From a candidate division WS1 bacterium (GTDB lineage: Bacteria > Armatimonadota > Zipacnadia > Zipacnadales > UBA5352), in the NCBI GenBank assembly GCA_003566775.1, contig PXBW01000306.1:1359-65358 (forward strand): a stretch of DNA of 64,000 nt, read 5' to 3'. Each line of letters begins with the position of its first letter. Position 1 is the first letter of the stretch. This document shows positions 1 to 9,226 of this stretch, piece by piece. The position numbers and the translations under genes are program-made. A model generated the notes under the pieces. It searched no databases. It saw only the letters and a program-made list of their open reading frames with translations, and was not told the origin of the DNA.

Positions 1-81
1 CTTGCGACCGAGTGTCACGAGGTCGCCATTCACCTCGAACTCATAGCCCTGCATCTCCCCGTTCAACACGCGCAACTGCAC
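1..81 (-). CDS. Partial CDS (N-terminal end only; gene continues beyond window start). GTG start preceded by GGAGGTGA; the N-terminus MQLRVLNGEMQGYEFEVNGDLVTLGRK is reminiscent of an FHA-domain start.
   Basis: Open frame on the minus strand running off the window. RBS-like GGAGGTGA sits 9 nt upstream of the GTG (reverse complement of positions 79-81). The family guess is weak, from a short motif only. Confidence 0.25.
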   Translation of the reverse strand, partial: MQLRVLNGEMQGYEFEVNGDLVTLGRK

Positions 82-186
82 CCTGACTTCACCTCCGCAG
101 GCGTCTCTAAGTCGTACATAGTTACTTCACTCGGCCTGTTCCAGGCCGGGAAACTGTGATTCAATAGATAGACAATTCTGATGCGA

Positions 187-1383
187 CTAACGTTCACCGG
201 CGGCTCGCCGGAAGAACTCCTCAAGCCCGTCGGCGAGACCGAGAGCGGCCGCCCTTGCGAACTCCTCGCTCTTCATTCGCTGCTCTTCGGCGGGGTTGCT
301 GACGAAGGCGCACTCGACAAGCACCCGCGGCATGTCACCGTGGCGCAACACGTAGAACGGACGCCACGAGATGAAGCGGTTGTGCGTTCCAAGCGCCGCG
401 CACTGATGGTCTTGAAGGATCCGTGCAGGTAGCGCGCTCATCGGCGTCCAGTAGTAAGTCTCGGTGCCCTGCACCGTTGCAGCCCTGCCCGATCCGACCG
501 CGTTGTTGTGAATAGAGAGGAAGAAATCCGCGTCAGGCTGCTCACTTGCGGCGAGGCGCGCTTCGAGTTCACCACGCCTCGAATACGGTCCCTCACCGAC
601 GGTCGTGTCACCCGTGCGCAGCATTCGTGGCACCGCGCCGCGTTGCTGGAGAATCGCTGCCAATTCGCGCGCGACGCGCAGATTCACGTCGCTCTCGCGC
701 ACCCCGGTCGGGCCGACAGCACCGCTGTCGGGGCCGCCGTGTCCCGGATCGATCACAATGACCTTACCCGCAAGCGATCCTCCCTCGTAGGGACGGCGAA
801 TCAACAGGCGCAGACTTCCATCCTGCTGGACCACCCTCCATCCCCGTTGCTGGTCGAAGTTGAGGTGGAAGGTGATCTGAGCCCAGCCATCCGCGATCTG
901 TTCCGCCTCGATGGTCGACGTGGCGAGGTCAGATGGAAACTGCCTGACGCCGTAACGTGCGAGTCGAACGCCGAAGAGATCGAGTATCAGTGCAGGGGGC
1001 TGGATTCGCTGCCTGACACGAAAGGGCACCGGCTCCGGGATATTGAGAGTGGCCACCGTCCCCTGATCGGTGCCCTGTACGGAAATGTCCCTCAGTGGTT
1101 GCACCGCGGGCGGCGGCTGCGAGGGGTCAAGCGCGCGTACCTGATCCTGCGCCACCCAGCCGTGGAGTAACGGGTTTAGCGGCACGCGATAGAAATCCTC
1201 TTCCGGACCTTCGGCCGGCAGAGTTATACCCGGCGGCAGCACGGTGATGCGATTGTACTCGGTGCCGGGACCGACGCGGAGGTCTGTGCGAGGATCAGCG
1301 GTTACCACTGCACGTGTGGCATCGACGGGTACCATGGAAGTTGCGAGCAATGCAGCGGCGATTCCGATCGATAACCGCATCAT
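187..1383 (-). CDS. N-acetylmuramoyl-L-alanine amidase (Amidase_3 family) with signal peptide
   Basis: VIVIDPGHGGPDSGAVGP...FLSIHNNA motifs are typical of Amidase_3. A signal-peptide-like MMRLSIGIAAALLATSMVPVDA is present. The ORF extends to 1491, but the start at 1383 (MM, upstream GGGAAGG) fits the signal peptide better. Confidence 0.8.
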   Translation of the reverse strand: MMRLSIGIAAALLATSMVPVDATRAVVTADPRTDLRVGPGTEYNRITVLPPGITLPAEGPEEDFYRVPLNPLLHGWVAQDQVRALDPSQPPPAVQPLRDISVQGTDQGTVATLNIPEPVPFRVRQRIQPPALILDLFGVRLARYGVRQFPSDLATSTIEAEQIADGWAQITFHLNFDQQRGWRVVQQDGSLRLLIRRPYEGGSLAGKVIVIDPGHGGPDSGAVGPTGVRESDVNLRVARELAAILQQRGAVPRMLRTGDTTVGEGPYSRRGELEARLAASEQPDADFFLSIHNNAVGSGRAATVQGTETYYWTPMSALPARILQDHQCAALGTHNRFISWRPFYVLRHGDMPRVLVECAFVSNPAEEQRMKSEEFARAAALGLADGLEEFFRRAAGER

Positions 1384-1665
1384 CGTTGACGGGCCTTCCC
1401 CGCGGGTATATACTCGATTCACCTTCATTCCACAGGCGACCTCCAGGGTGGTGCCGATCTTCCGTAAACGGGCAAGACGCGCAGACTTCACGGCTGCATA
1501 CGTCCTGTCGGTTACTCACATAGTGCCCGTTGCCGACAGTCGCGCGTTCGGCGGAGTGACCTCACAGGCTCACCGGGCGTGTTGACATTTCGCGGTCGGG
1601 CGGCACCCCTGACTTTGGTCACAATCCATCGGGAACCTGAATCATGATGGACCGCAATCCCGCTG

Positions 1666-3099
1666 GTGGCCGAATGCCGCTTGCACATGATTGCGGGGGC
1701 AATTTACTATTCACCCGTGGAGGCGTCAAGTGGCTGCCCACCAGTAGATCGGCGCGATACCCGCTGCCGACGGATCAGAGGTGAGGGCTTGGATGTAAGC
1801 GACCGGACAATTCGCCGAGCGACAGCGGGGCTGCTGATCGGCTACGTCGCACTTGCAATCGTATGGAGCTTCGTGGTGCCGCTGGGCGGCGGCATTGATG
1901 AGCCGCGCCACCTTCGGTACGTGCAGATAGTCGCCGAGGAGGGAAGACTCCCGACCCCGCCAGAGAAGGCGGAGGCCATCAGTCACCATCCTCCTCTGCA
2001 TTACATCTTGGCCGCCCCGGTTTACCTGGCCACCCGCCATCTGGGCGAGGAGATCGCGTGGCGCGCGCTGCGCGGGCTCTCGATTCTCATGGGCGCTGGT
2101 GCGGTGCTCGTGACGATCGCGACCATCAGGCGCATGGTCCCGGAGAGACCGTGGGCGTCCGTGGCAGGCGGAGCCTTCGTTGCCCTCCTCCCCCACTTTC
2201 AACTGATCACTGTGCTGCTGTCAAACGACGCCTCGGTTACACTTATGTGCTCTCTGATGCTCTACTTCGCGGTTCGCGCGCTGCTGGAGCCGCGACGGGC
2301 GCTGATGCTCTCAACCGCTGCAGGCCTCGCCGGGGGCCTGGCCGCGATGACGAAGATGAACGGTCTGATCCCGGTGCCTGCCGCGCTCGTGGCAGTGGGA
2401 GTCGCCGGATTGCTGAGAGCATCGAAAGTCGAACTCGACCGGTCCTCTCGCGTGTTACGTAACGTGGTAGGATTCTGCGCCGCCTTTTCGCTTACAGGAG
2501 GTCTCTGGATCGGTCGACATCTCGCAGTCTGGGGCACGCTGGAGTCGGATCCGCCCTGGCCTGAGTACATGTGGCCGGTTCACACCTTCGGCGCGAAGCT
2601 CTGGCGGGCGATCGAGGGGCTGTACCGCTCCACCTGGACACAGATGGGCTGGCTGCCGGGGCCGCACTCATCGCCCCCGCCGACACCGTCTGAACTCTGG
2701 CCGCGACCTGATCTCGAGACGCCGATCCTTGCCCTGACCCTGCCGCTTGCCGCGGTCGCGATCATCGGTGGCGCGACCCTTTGCATCCGATGGCTCCGAT
2801 CCGACGAGACGAGAGGGCGAGGAGCAGCAACGGCACTGTTGTTCGTTGCATTCTTCCTCGCCTATGCTGCGGTGGCGCACAGCGCGATCTATCTGCATCC
2901 CGGACGTCACGAGGCCGCGCGCTATGCCCTTCAGGTAGTGGGGGCCACCATGTCCCTTTTCGCAATCGGCCCCCTGGTGCTTTCGCGGCGATGGCGGGTG
3001 GTATGCTGGATTGCCCTCGGTGTGCTTCTGATCGTGATGAATGGGGTCTCATTCTGGGAGATGTACACTTACATGATCCCAACCTTCGCTCCAAGGTAG
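1666..3099 (+). CDS. Polytopic membrane glycosyltransferase, GT39/ArnT-like (dolichyl-phosphate-mannose-protein mannosyltransferase fold)
   Basis: About 12 predicted TM segments. The early periplasmic-loop motif GGGIDEPRHLRY is typical of ArnT/PMT_2-type transferases. The exact start is uncertain. Confidence 0.5.
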   Translation: MAECRLHMIAGAIYYSPVEASSGCPPVDRRDTRCRRIRGEGLDVSDRTIRRATAGLLIGYVALAIVWSFVVPLGGGIDEPRHLRYVQIVAEEGRLPTPPEKAEAISHHPPLHYILAAPVYLATRHLGEEIAWRALRGLSILMGAGAVLVTIATIRRMVPERPWASVAGGAFVALLPHFQLITVLLSNDASVTLMCSLMLYFAVRALLEPRRALMLSTAAGLAGGLAAMTKMNGLIPVPAALVAVGVAGLLRASKVELDRSSRVLRNVVGFCAAFSLTGGLWIGRHLAVWGTLESDPPWPEYMWPVHTFGAKLWRAIEGLYRSTWTQMGWLPGPHSSPPPTPSELWPRPDLETPILALTLPLAAVAIIGGATLCIRWLRSDETRGRGAATALLFVAFFLAYAAVAHSAIYLHPGRHEAARYALQVVGATMSLFAIGPLVLSRRWRVVCWIALGVLLIVMNGVSFWEMYTYMIPTFAPR

Positions 3100-3118
3100 C
3101 GCGGCAGGGGGAGATCAG

Positions 3119-3622
3119 ATGCCACTGTTGAGTGACTACGCCCGGCGCAAGAAGGTCGAGTTCTTCTTCGCCGAAATAAGCACGGATGAGCACATACTTG
3201 AGGTCGGTTGCGGAGACGGATGGCTGCGTGACTGGTGTGAGGAACACGAATATGAGCATTACCTGGGGCTTGATGTACGCTCTCCCGCCGACATTGTCGG
3301 TGACATTCGCCGGTGGCGCGAACTCGGGCTCAAGCCCGCCTCATTCGACGTCATAATCGCCTTCGAGGTGGTAGAACACGTCGATTGCTTTCAGGAATGC
3401 TATGACCTCCTCCGCGTCGGCGGACGGATGATGGTCACGACTCCGGTGCCGGAACGGGACTGGCTTCTCAGGATCCTCGAGGCGCTTGGGCTGAATCAGC
3501 CCCGGTCGACGCCGCATGATAACCTCGTCGATCTGCAGGATGTGGACGTGTTCGAACGGAAGGAGATAGTGAGGGTTGGAGGTCTGTCACAGTGGGCGGT
3601 CCTTCACAAGGAACCCGACTGA
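3119..3622 (+). CDS. Class I SAM-dependent methyltransferase
   Basis: ILEVGCGDGWL (motif I) and DVIIAFEVVEHV (motif II/III) are present. A GGGGGAG RBS precedes the ATG. Confidence 0.6.
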   Translation: MPLLSDYARRKKVEFFFAEISTDEHILEVGCGDGWLRDWCEEHEYEHYLGLDVRSPADIVGDIRRWRELGLKPASFDVIIAFEVVEHVDCFQECYDLLRVGGRMMVTTPVPERDWLLRILEALGLNQPRSTPHDNLVDLQDVDVFERKEIVRVGGLSQWAVLHKEPD

Positions 3623-3628
3623 CTGTCG

Positions 3629-5041
3629 ATGCGGAGGAACAGAGTGAAGAAGAGGACTACCGTGGTCGGCGCAGGCCCATCGGGTCTGGCGGCTGCGCGT
3701 GAGCTTGCACTGGCGCAAAGCCCGGTTACCGTGCTGGAACGTGATGACGTGGTCGGAGGACTGTCGCGAACAGTGCAGCACAACGGCTTCCGCTTCGATA
3801 TTGGAGGTCACCGTTTCTTCACTCGCATCGAGGAGATAGATGCTGTCTGGGATGAGATCATGGGCGATGATTTCCTCGTCCGCGAGCGCCTGTCCCGCAT
3901 CTTCTTCCGCGGGAAGTTGATGGACTACCCGCTCAAGATCGGCTCCACCCTGCGCGTATTGGGCTTCAAGGACTCATTGCTTGCCATGCTCAGCTATCTT
4001 CGCGTGCGTATCCGGCCCGTCCCCGGTGACAGCTTTGAGAGTTGGGTCACCAATCGTTTCGGCCGACGGCTCTACGAGCACTTCTTCAGGACATACACCG
4101 AGAAGGTATGGGGGATGCCCTGCAGCGAGATAAGCGCAGACTGGGCGGCTCAACGCATCAAGGGTCTTTCCCTCTGGGGCGCGTTCCGTGATGCAATCCT
4201 GAATCGCGGCGCGGATGAGGCAACATCGCTGTTGCGCCGGTTCAAGTATCCCCGCCTGGGGCCCGGGCAACTCTTCGAGCGCTACCGCGATCAGGTGATG
4301 GAGGCCGGCGGCAAATTCCTGCTCGAACGCGAAGTCATCGACATAGAACGCGATGGCAGTCGCATCGACCACCTGGTCAGTTGCGGCCCATCCGGTGAGG
4401 AGAGGCATGAGGCGGAGCAGTTTATCTCCAGCATGCCACTGAGAGATCTGATTGAGCGCATCACGCCACCACCCCCCGACGAGATCGTTGAGGCGGCGAC
4501 CGGCCTGCGTCAGCGGGGCTTTCTGACCGTTGCGCTGATAGTTGAGGAGCCCGATCCGTTCCCGGATCAGTGGATCTACGTTCACGAACCACAGGTGCGC
4601 CTCGGCCGGGTGCAGAACTATCGTAATTGGAGTCCGGCGATGGTCCCTGATCAGAGCTTCTGTTGCATCGGCGTGGAATACTTCGTGTGGCCGGGTGAAG
4701 AACTGTGGGAGAGGCCTGACGCAGAGATAGTAGAGTTGGCGAAGCGGGAGATGGACTACCTCGGACTCATCGATTCTTCAGCGGTCACCGAGGGAGTTGT
4801 CGTGCGGATGGCCAACGCGTATCCGGTTTACGATCCCGGCTACGCCGATCGGGTGCAGAAGGTGCGATCGTGGCTCAATACGCTGGAGAACCTGCAAACG
4901 ATCGGCCGCGCGGGGCAGCATAGGTACAACAACATGGATCACTCGGTGATGACCGGAATGCTCGCCGCTCGCAATATCCTCGGCGAGGAGAACGATGTTT
5001 GGGCGGTAAACATCGAGGAGACTTACCTCGAGCGGAAGTGA
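3629..5041 (+). CDS. FAD/NAD(P)-dependent oxidoreductase (amine-oxidase/HemY-like fold)
   Basis: N-terminal dinucleotide-binding motif VVGAGPSGLAAARELA followed by ERDDVVGGL. An alternative GTG start at 3644 has a better RBS (GGAGGAACAGA). Confidence 0.6.
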   Translation: MRRNRVKKRTTVVGAGPSGLAAARELALAQSPVTVLERDDVVGGLSRTVQHNGFRFDIGGHRFFTRIEEIDAVWDEIMGDDFLVRERLSRIFFRGKLMDYPLKIGSTLRVLGFKDSLLAMLSYLRVRIRPVPGDSFESWVTNRFGRRLYEHFFRTYTEKVWGMPCSEISADWAAQRIKGLSLWGAFRDAILNRGADEATSLLRRFKYPRLGPGQLFERYRDQVMEAGGKFLLEREVIDIERDGSRIDHLVSCGPSGEERHEAEQFISSMPLRDLIERITPPPPDEIVEAATGLRQRGFLTVALIVEEPDPFPDQWIYVHEPQVRLGRVQNYRNWSPAMVPDQSFCCIGVEYFVWPGEELWERPDAEIVELAKREMDYLGLIDSSAVTEGVVVRMANAYPVYDPGYADRVQKVRSWLNTLENLQTIGRAGQHRYNNMDHSVMTGMLAARNILGEENDVWAVNIEETYLERK

Positions 5042-5239
5042 TACGAACCAGTGCGGAATGCGTCGTGATGATGGCTTCATGAGCGGAGACAGCCCCCGCC
5101 ACCCGAGCGGCGCGGGCATCCAGAGCCAACGGAAATTCGCGACAATCCGAGATCATCTCGACAAAGTATGAAACTGTGGGGGGAGTTCAGGCGTCAAATG
5201 CAATAGCGTAGACGCATCGGAAATGCGGAGGTGGCCCTG

Positions 5240-5881
5240 ATGAAGAGGCCGATCGTATTATCACTGATGATCTTCGCCGCGCTACTGATGCTCACAGTCA
5301 TGCCCGCGGACGCCCAGCGCCGCGGCGAAACGATGAACCTGCTCGACGCAATGGAGAGCGGCAGAGTTCGGGCTGAATTCTACGGTAACGGCGATCAGTC
5401 CGTGCGCGGACGCATCAGCCGCAGCCCCAACGGACCGGACATCGTTCAGTTCCAACCGGGCACCCAGTTCCAGCCTACTACGCCCGGAAGACAGGGTATG
5501 GGCACCCTCGGCTCGGTCGAGGTGGACCTGTCGCGACGCCGGCTCGCCTGGGTGGAGATCCCCACTGCCTGCACCGACTACGATCTGCCTGCTCCGACCC
5601 CGATGGACAGGATGATTCCCGAACCACCGCTGAGTGTGCCTATGGCACGACTGGCCGGCACGATCGGACATCACTGGCCGGAGCGGGAGGTCTCGCAGAT
5701 CGCGGTCTGGGCGGTGGCCAACGATCCCGGCTGGGAGGATATCGAGGAGTGGGTGCACGAACGCACTCGTGTCTCGGAGCCGGAGCAGCGCGAGCGAATC
5801 GCTGCTGACTACCGGGACCAGGCGGCGCGTCTCGTCTGGGAGGCGGGGCTGAACCCGGCCCGCTACCGCATGTTCCAGTGA
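5240..5881 (+). CDS. Secreted hypothetical protein
   Basis: ATG at 5240 with a GGAGGT RBS. Signal peptide MKRPIVLSLMIFAALLMLTVMPADA is present. No recognisable domain. Confidence 0.45.
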   Translation: MKRPIVLSLMIFAALLMLTVMPADAQRRGETMNLLDAMESGRVRAEFYGNGDQSVRGRISRSPNGPDIVQFQPGTQFQPTTPGRQGMGTLGSVEVDLSRRRLAWVEIPTACTDYDLPAPTPMDRMIPEPPLSVPMARLAGTIGHHWPEREVSQIAVWAVANDPGWEDIEEWVHERTRVSEPEQRERIAADYRDQAARLVWEAGLNPARYRMFQ

Positions 5882-6094
5882 CGGGAGCAATCGTAGGGGC
5901 TACCGGACGGACGGAAACGGCCCTGATCCAAAGTCGCGCGTGAGCACAGAGGGGAAGTGGGGCTTTTTGTCGTGCCGCAGAAGCGGCTCACGGGCCTTAT
6001 CTCGAGCTTCTGATGTCACGAAGCCGCGTGGCAGGGTCCGAGTGGCGTCACGAGCGAACGTGTCGCTGCCCTCAAGCTGAATCCACGCAGGGCT

Positions 6095-7294
6095 TCACGC
6101 CTTCAAGACTTCTACCGGCTGCAGGCGAGCGGCGATCTCCCCGAGACCGTGTTCCACGCTCGACAGGATAATGCGTCGTCCCCGGTAGGCATAGGTCAGG
6201 TCTGTCGGTGTACCCAGTACGATTCGCACCCCACCCTCCATCGCCTCCAGTTCGTAATAGCGTCGGCCGTTGTGCTCGTGTACCTGCACCAGGTGCGAGA
6301 CGTCCGGCAACATGTAACCCGCGCCATGAGGGATGACGTTCGCGTTCCGAAGATGCTCCATCACGCCATGGCGCTCCGCTCGCTCGCGCCACCCGAGGAC
6401 GTTGATGATCCCATCGCTCAGATTCGGCCGCGCGTGAAACAGATAGCCCGGAGTACTCTCCCGCAGCATGACCGGAACGATCTCCCCACGCGAGGAATCC
6501 TGGCAGCCCAGCACTACCTCATTGGGGCCGACAAGGCCCTGATGGTGCAGGTTCGCGATGACGTCGAAATCATCGAAGAGGCGCTCGGCAGCCATAAGTC
6601 GCCGTCGGCGGATGAAGTCGTCGGCGAGTTGGAAGAACTCGTAGTATTCGCCCGCATCGCCTCCGAGTAGAGTGCGGCAGGGCCCCCAGGGCGTCTCAAA
6701 CACCTCCATCCGGGTCGCAAGCTCGCTGCTGGCATGCCAGTACAGGCCCATACCCAGCGGATTGTCGCCACGAAGCTCGCCACCGGCGAAATGCAGCACG
6801 AAGCACCACGGCGGCAGATCTACCTCAGGATCCACCGGCTCAACCGCCATCAGATCAACGAAGTGATTGCCGGTGCCGATGTCCCACTGGATCGGGACGC
6901 CGTCGAGCACTGCGTCATCGTCCAGCATCCCATCGAGTCGCCGTGTGATGGTGTGCAAATCGGGCCGCTGCTCAAGGCCACCAACCAGCATGCCGCAGCA
7001 GTTTGGCTTAACATCGAGGAATACTACTTCACGGTCGCCCGGGCCCCACGTTATCTTGCCCCCATACCCGATTCCGGCATTCCAGCGCGGCTTGTTGCGG
7101 GTGACAGTCAGATCCGGCGTGCCGATGAAGGTGGCGTCGGGATCGTAGCCGAGTTCTTTCAACACATGGTGAAACTTGGCCAGCCCGTAGCGCATGTTGT
7201 GAAGGCTCATCTGCGCCGCCACGTCTCCGAGACCCATCGAGAAAATATGTTCGGCTGCTCGTTCAAGGGCGGCATCCTTCTCCGACGTGTTCAT
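6095..7294 (-). CDS. rtcB: RtcB-family RNA ligase-like protein
   Basis: Metal- and GTP-site-like motifs in RtcB order: KPNCCGM (DIGCGM-like), IGTGNHFVDL (GNHF), IPHGAG (HGAGR-like). The C-terminus LQPVEVLKA is RtcB-like. Size (399 aa) is similar to E. coli RtcB. Confidence 0.5.
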   Translation of the reverse strand: MNTSEKDAALERAAEHIFSMGLGDVAAQMSLHNMRYGLAKFHHVLKELGYDPDATFIGTPDLTVTRNKPRWNAGIGYGGKITWGPGDREVVFLDVKPNCCGMLVGGLEQRPDLHTITRRLDGMLDDDAVLDGVPIQWDIGTGNHFVDLMAVEPVDPEVDLPPWCFVLHFAGGELRGDNPLGMGLYWHASSELATRMEVFETPWGPCRTLLGGDAGEYYEFFQLADDFIRRRRLMAAERLFDDFDVIANLHHQGLVGPNEVVLGCQDSSRGEIVPVMLRESTPGYLFHARPNLSDGIINVLGWRERAERHGVMEHLRNANVIPHGAGYMLPDVSHLVQVHEHNGRRYYELEAMEGGVRIVLGTPTDLTYAYRGRRIILSSVEHGLGEIAARLQPVEVLKA

Positions 7295-7520
7295 GGCGAC
7301 TTATCCCTTCAGGGCAAACTACCGATGATAGTTGCAGGTAAGATTTCCGCGTCGGTGCCAGATTACCTGTCTGCATCGGACTATTCCTCCAACGCAGACC
7401 ATTCGCAGCCGATCGCATCCCGGTGTGCATCCTGATTTCTATAGCTCGGCAGGAGAAGTCCGGTCAACGTCGTAATCATTAACCAGTTGAAGCCCTGCAG
7501 AAAAGGAGACACCGACCTCA

Positions 7521-8207
7521 ATGCGCACGGTGGAAGATCTGCCCGTCATGCCAATGAACTCCGTCCTGTTCCCGGGCGCGCCGGTGACGCTGCATATACA
7601 CGAAGAACGATACCAGACAATGCTCGAGGAGGCAATCGAGGATCGCGGGTTCTTCGGGGTGGCGCTCCTGCAGGGTGGAAACGAGGTCGGGGGGCCGGCT
7701 ATACCGCATGAGATCGGCACCATCGCGCAGATCTGCGAGGTCACCGGGCTTCCTGACGGTTCGAGTATGGTGCTCGCCGAGGGAGGCGATCGCTTCAGGA
7801 TATCCAGGGTCCGCAGCGCCATGCCTGTCCTGCGGGTGGATGCGGAACTCCTGGTGGAGAGATCCGGCATCAGCCCGGAGGCAGGGCCGGCGGTCAAACG
7901 AGCGCGAGAGAATCTCGAGGAACTGGTCGGGTTGGTCTTGCGCACGATGGGAGTGGAAAAGCCCGCTCCGGAGCTTCCCGAGGATCCGGTGCAACTGTCA
8001 TACGCGATCGCGGCGAATCTTCAGATTGGGCTGCAGAGTCAGCAGGACCTTCTCGAAGCAGAATCAGCGGCGGTGCGTCTGGGCAGAACCACACCGCTGG
8101 TGCAGAAGGAGATCGCGCACTATCGGGTGATGGCCCGCGCGCGAGAGAAGCTGGAAGCGCTGGGCCTCACTGAGGTAGACGACGAACTCCCTTTCTCGCA
8201 CAACTGA
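7521..8207 (+). CDS. LON N-terminal (substrate-binding) domain-only protein
   Basis: MPMNSVLFPGAPVTLHIHEERYQTMLEE...FGVALL matches the Lon N-domain signature (LFPg..lpL.IFEpRY). Confidence 0.6.
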   Translation: MRTVEDLPVMPMNSVLFPGAPVTLHIHEERYQTMLEEAIEDRGFFGVALLQGGNEVGGPAIPHEIGTIAQICEVTGLPDGSSMVLAEGGDRFRISRVRSAMPVLRVDAELLVERSGISPEAGPAVKRARENLEELVGLVLRTMGVEKPAPELPEDPVQLSYAIAANLQIGLQSQQDLLEAESAAVRLGRTTPLVQKEIAHYRVMARAREKLEALGLTEVDDELPFSHN

Positions 8208-8283
8208 TGATGAGCTGCCAACCACGAGGAGAGGCCTGAAGACTGCCGGCCGTCGTCACTTTCGTTACCGCCATCCTATAGCC

Positions 8284-9084
8284 TCAGGTGTCCATGCTGC
8301 CCGAGCGAATCCCCTCAATGTCCACGGTTATCCACGTAAAGCCGAGTTCACGCAGGCGCTCAGCAATCTTGCTCCTGAGCGGCTCTTCGATCAACTCGCC
8401 GACTCGCTCGCGGGGTACCTCTATTCTTGCAAGTCCCCCATGATCGCGGACTCTCAGCGTGCTAAAGCCCGCCTCGCGCAAGCACTGTTCCGCCGCCTCG
8501 ATCCGCACGAGGCGTTCCTCGGTGAGTTCCTCCCCGTAGGGGATCCTAGTGGCGAGGCATGCCATCGGCGGAAGGTCCCATGTCGGCAGGTTGCGCTCAC
8601 GTGAGAGTTCGCGCACATCAGCCTTGCTGAATTCGGCCTCAGCCAGTGGGGCCCTCAGCCCCAACTCCTCTGCAGCACGCGAACCTGGCCTGTGCGCAGA
8701 GGCATCATCGATCTGTTCGCCATGTGCGACCCACTCGAGCCCCTCCTCGCGGGCGATCTCGAGCAACTGCTCACCCAGAGCGCGCTTGCAGTGATAGCAG
8801 CGATCGCGGGGATTCGCGCGAACGCGCGCATCTTCAAGCTGGACTGATCTGATAACGCGATGGCGGATGCCGCAGCGCCCCGCTATCTCCCGGGCGCGGT
8901 CGATCTCCACCTGCGGGAACAGAGGCCCGTCCGCGGTTACCGCGAGCGCCCTGTCACCAAGCACTTCAGCGGCGACGTCGGCAAGCAGCGAACTGTCAAC
9001 CCCGCCGGATAACGCCACCACGATCCCGCCCATCTCGCTGAGTATCTCGCGAAGCCGTTCAAGCCTATTCTCGAGTTCTGACAT
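8284..9084 (-). CDS. PP-loop ATP pyrophosphatase, LarE/TIGR00268 family (sulfur-transferase-like)
   Basis: SGGVDSS PP-loop and a LarE-like C-terminus are present. ATG at 9084 (MSELENR) was verified in sequence. The 64-codon upstream extension of the ORF is probably spurious. Confidence 0.65.
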   Translation of the reverse strand: MSELENRLERLREILSEMGGIVVALSGGVDSSLLADVAAEVLGDRALAVTADGPLFPQVEIDRAREIAGRCGIRHRVIRSVQLEDARVRANPRDRCYHCKRALGEQLLEIAREEGLEWVAHGEQIDDASAHRPGSRAAEELGLRAPLAEAEFSKADVRELSRERNLPTWDLPPMACLATRIPYGEELTEERLVRIEAAEQCLREAGFSTLRVRDHGGLARIEVPRERVGELIEEPLRSKIAERLRELGFTWITVDIEGIRSGSMDT

Positions 9085-9226
9085 AAGAATCACCGGCGGT
9101 TTCTTCGACGTTCGGTGAGCCGCTTCCTCCGCGATACGAGATTGTGGGGAGGTGGCGGGTGATCGACGAGGAATTTGCCACTGTCCCATTTGCCGTAGAA
9201 CAAGCACACACCGAGGAGAAGCCATC

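Noticed and set aside
508-1170. 220-aa plus-strand ORF
   Set aside because: Antisense to the amidase gene.
3974-4585. 203-aa minus-strand ORF
   Set aside because: Antisense to the FAD-dependent oxidoreductase gene.
5282-5890. 202-aa minus-strand ORF
   Set aside because: Antisense to the secreted protein gene 5240..5881.
6734-7435. 233-aa plus-strand ORF
   Set aside because: Antisense to the RtcB-like gene, which has ordered catalytic motifs.
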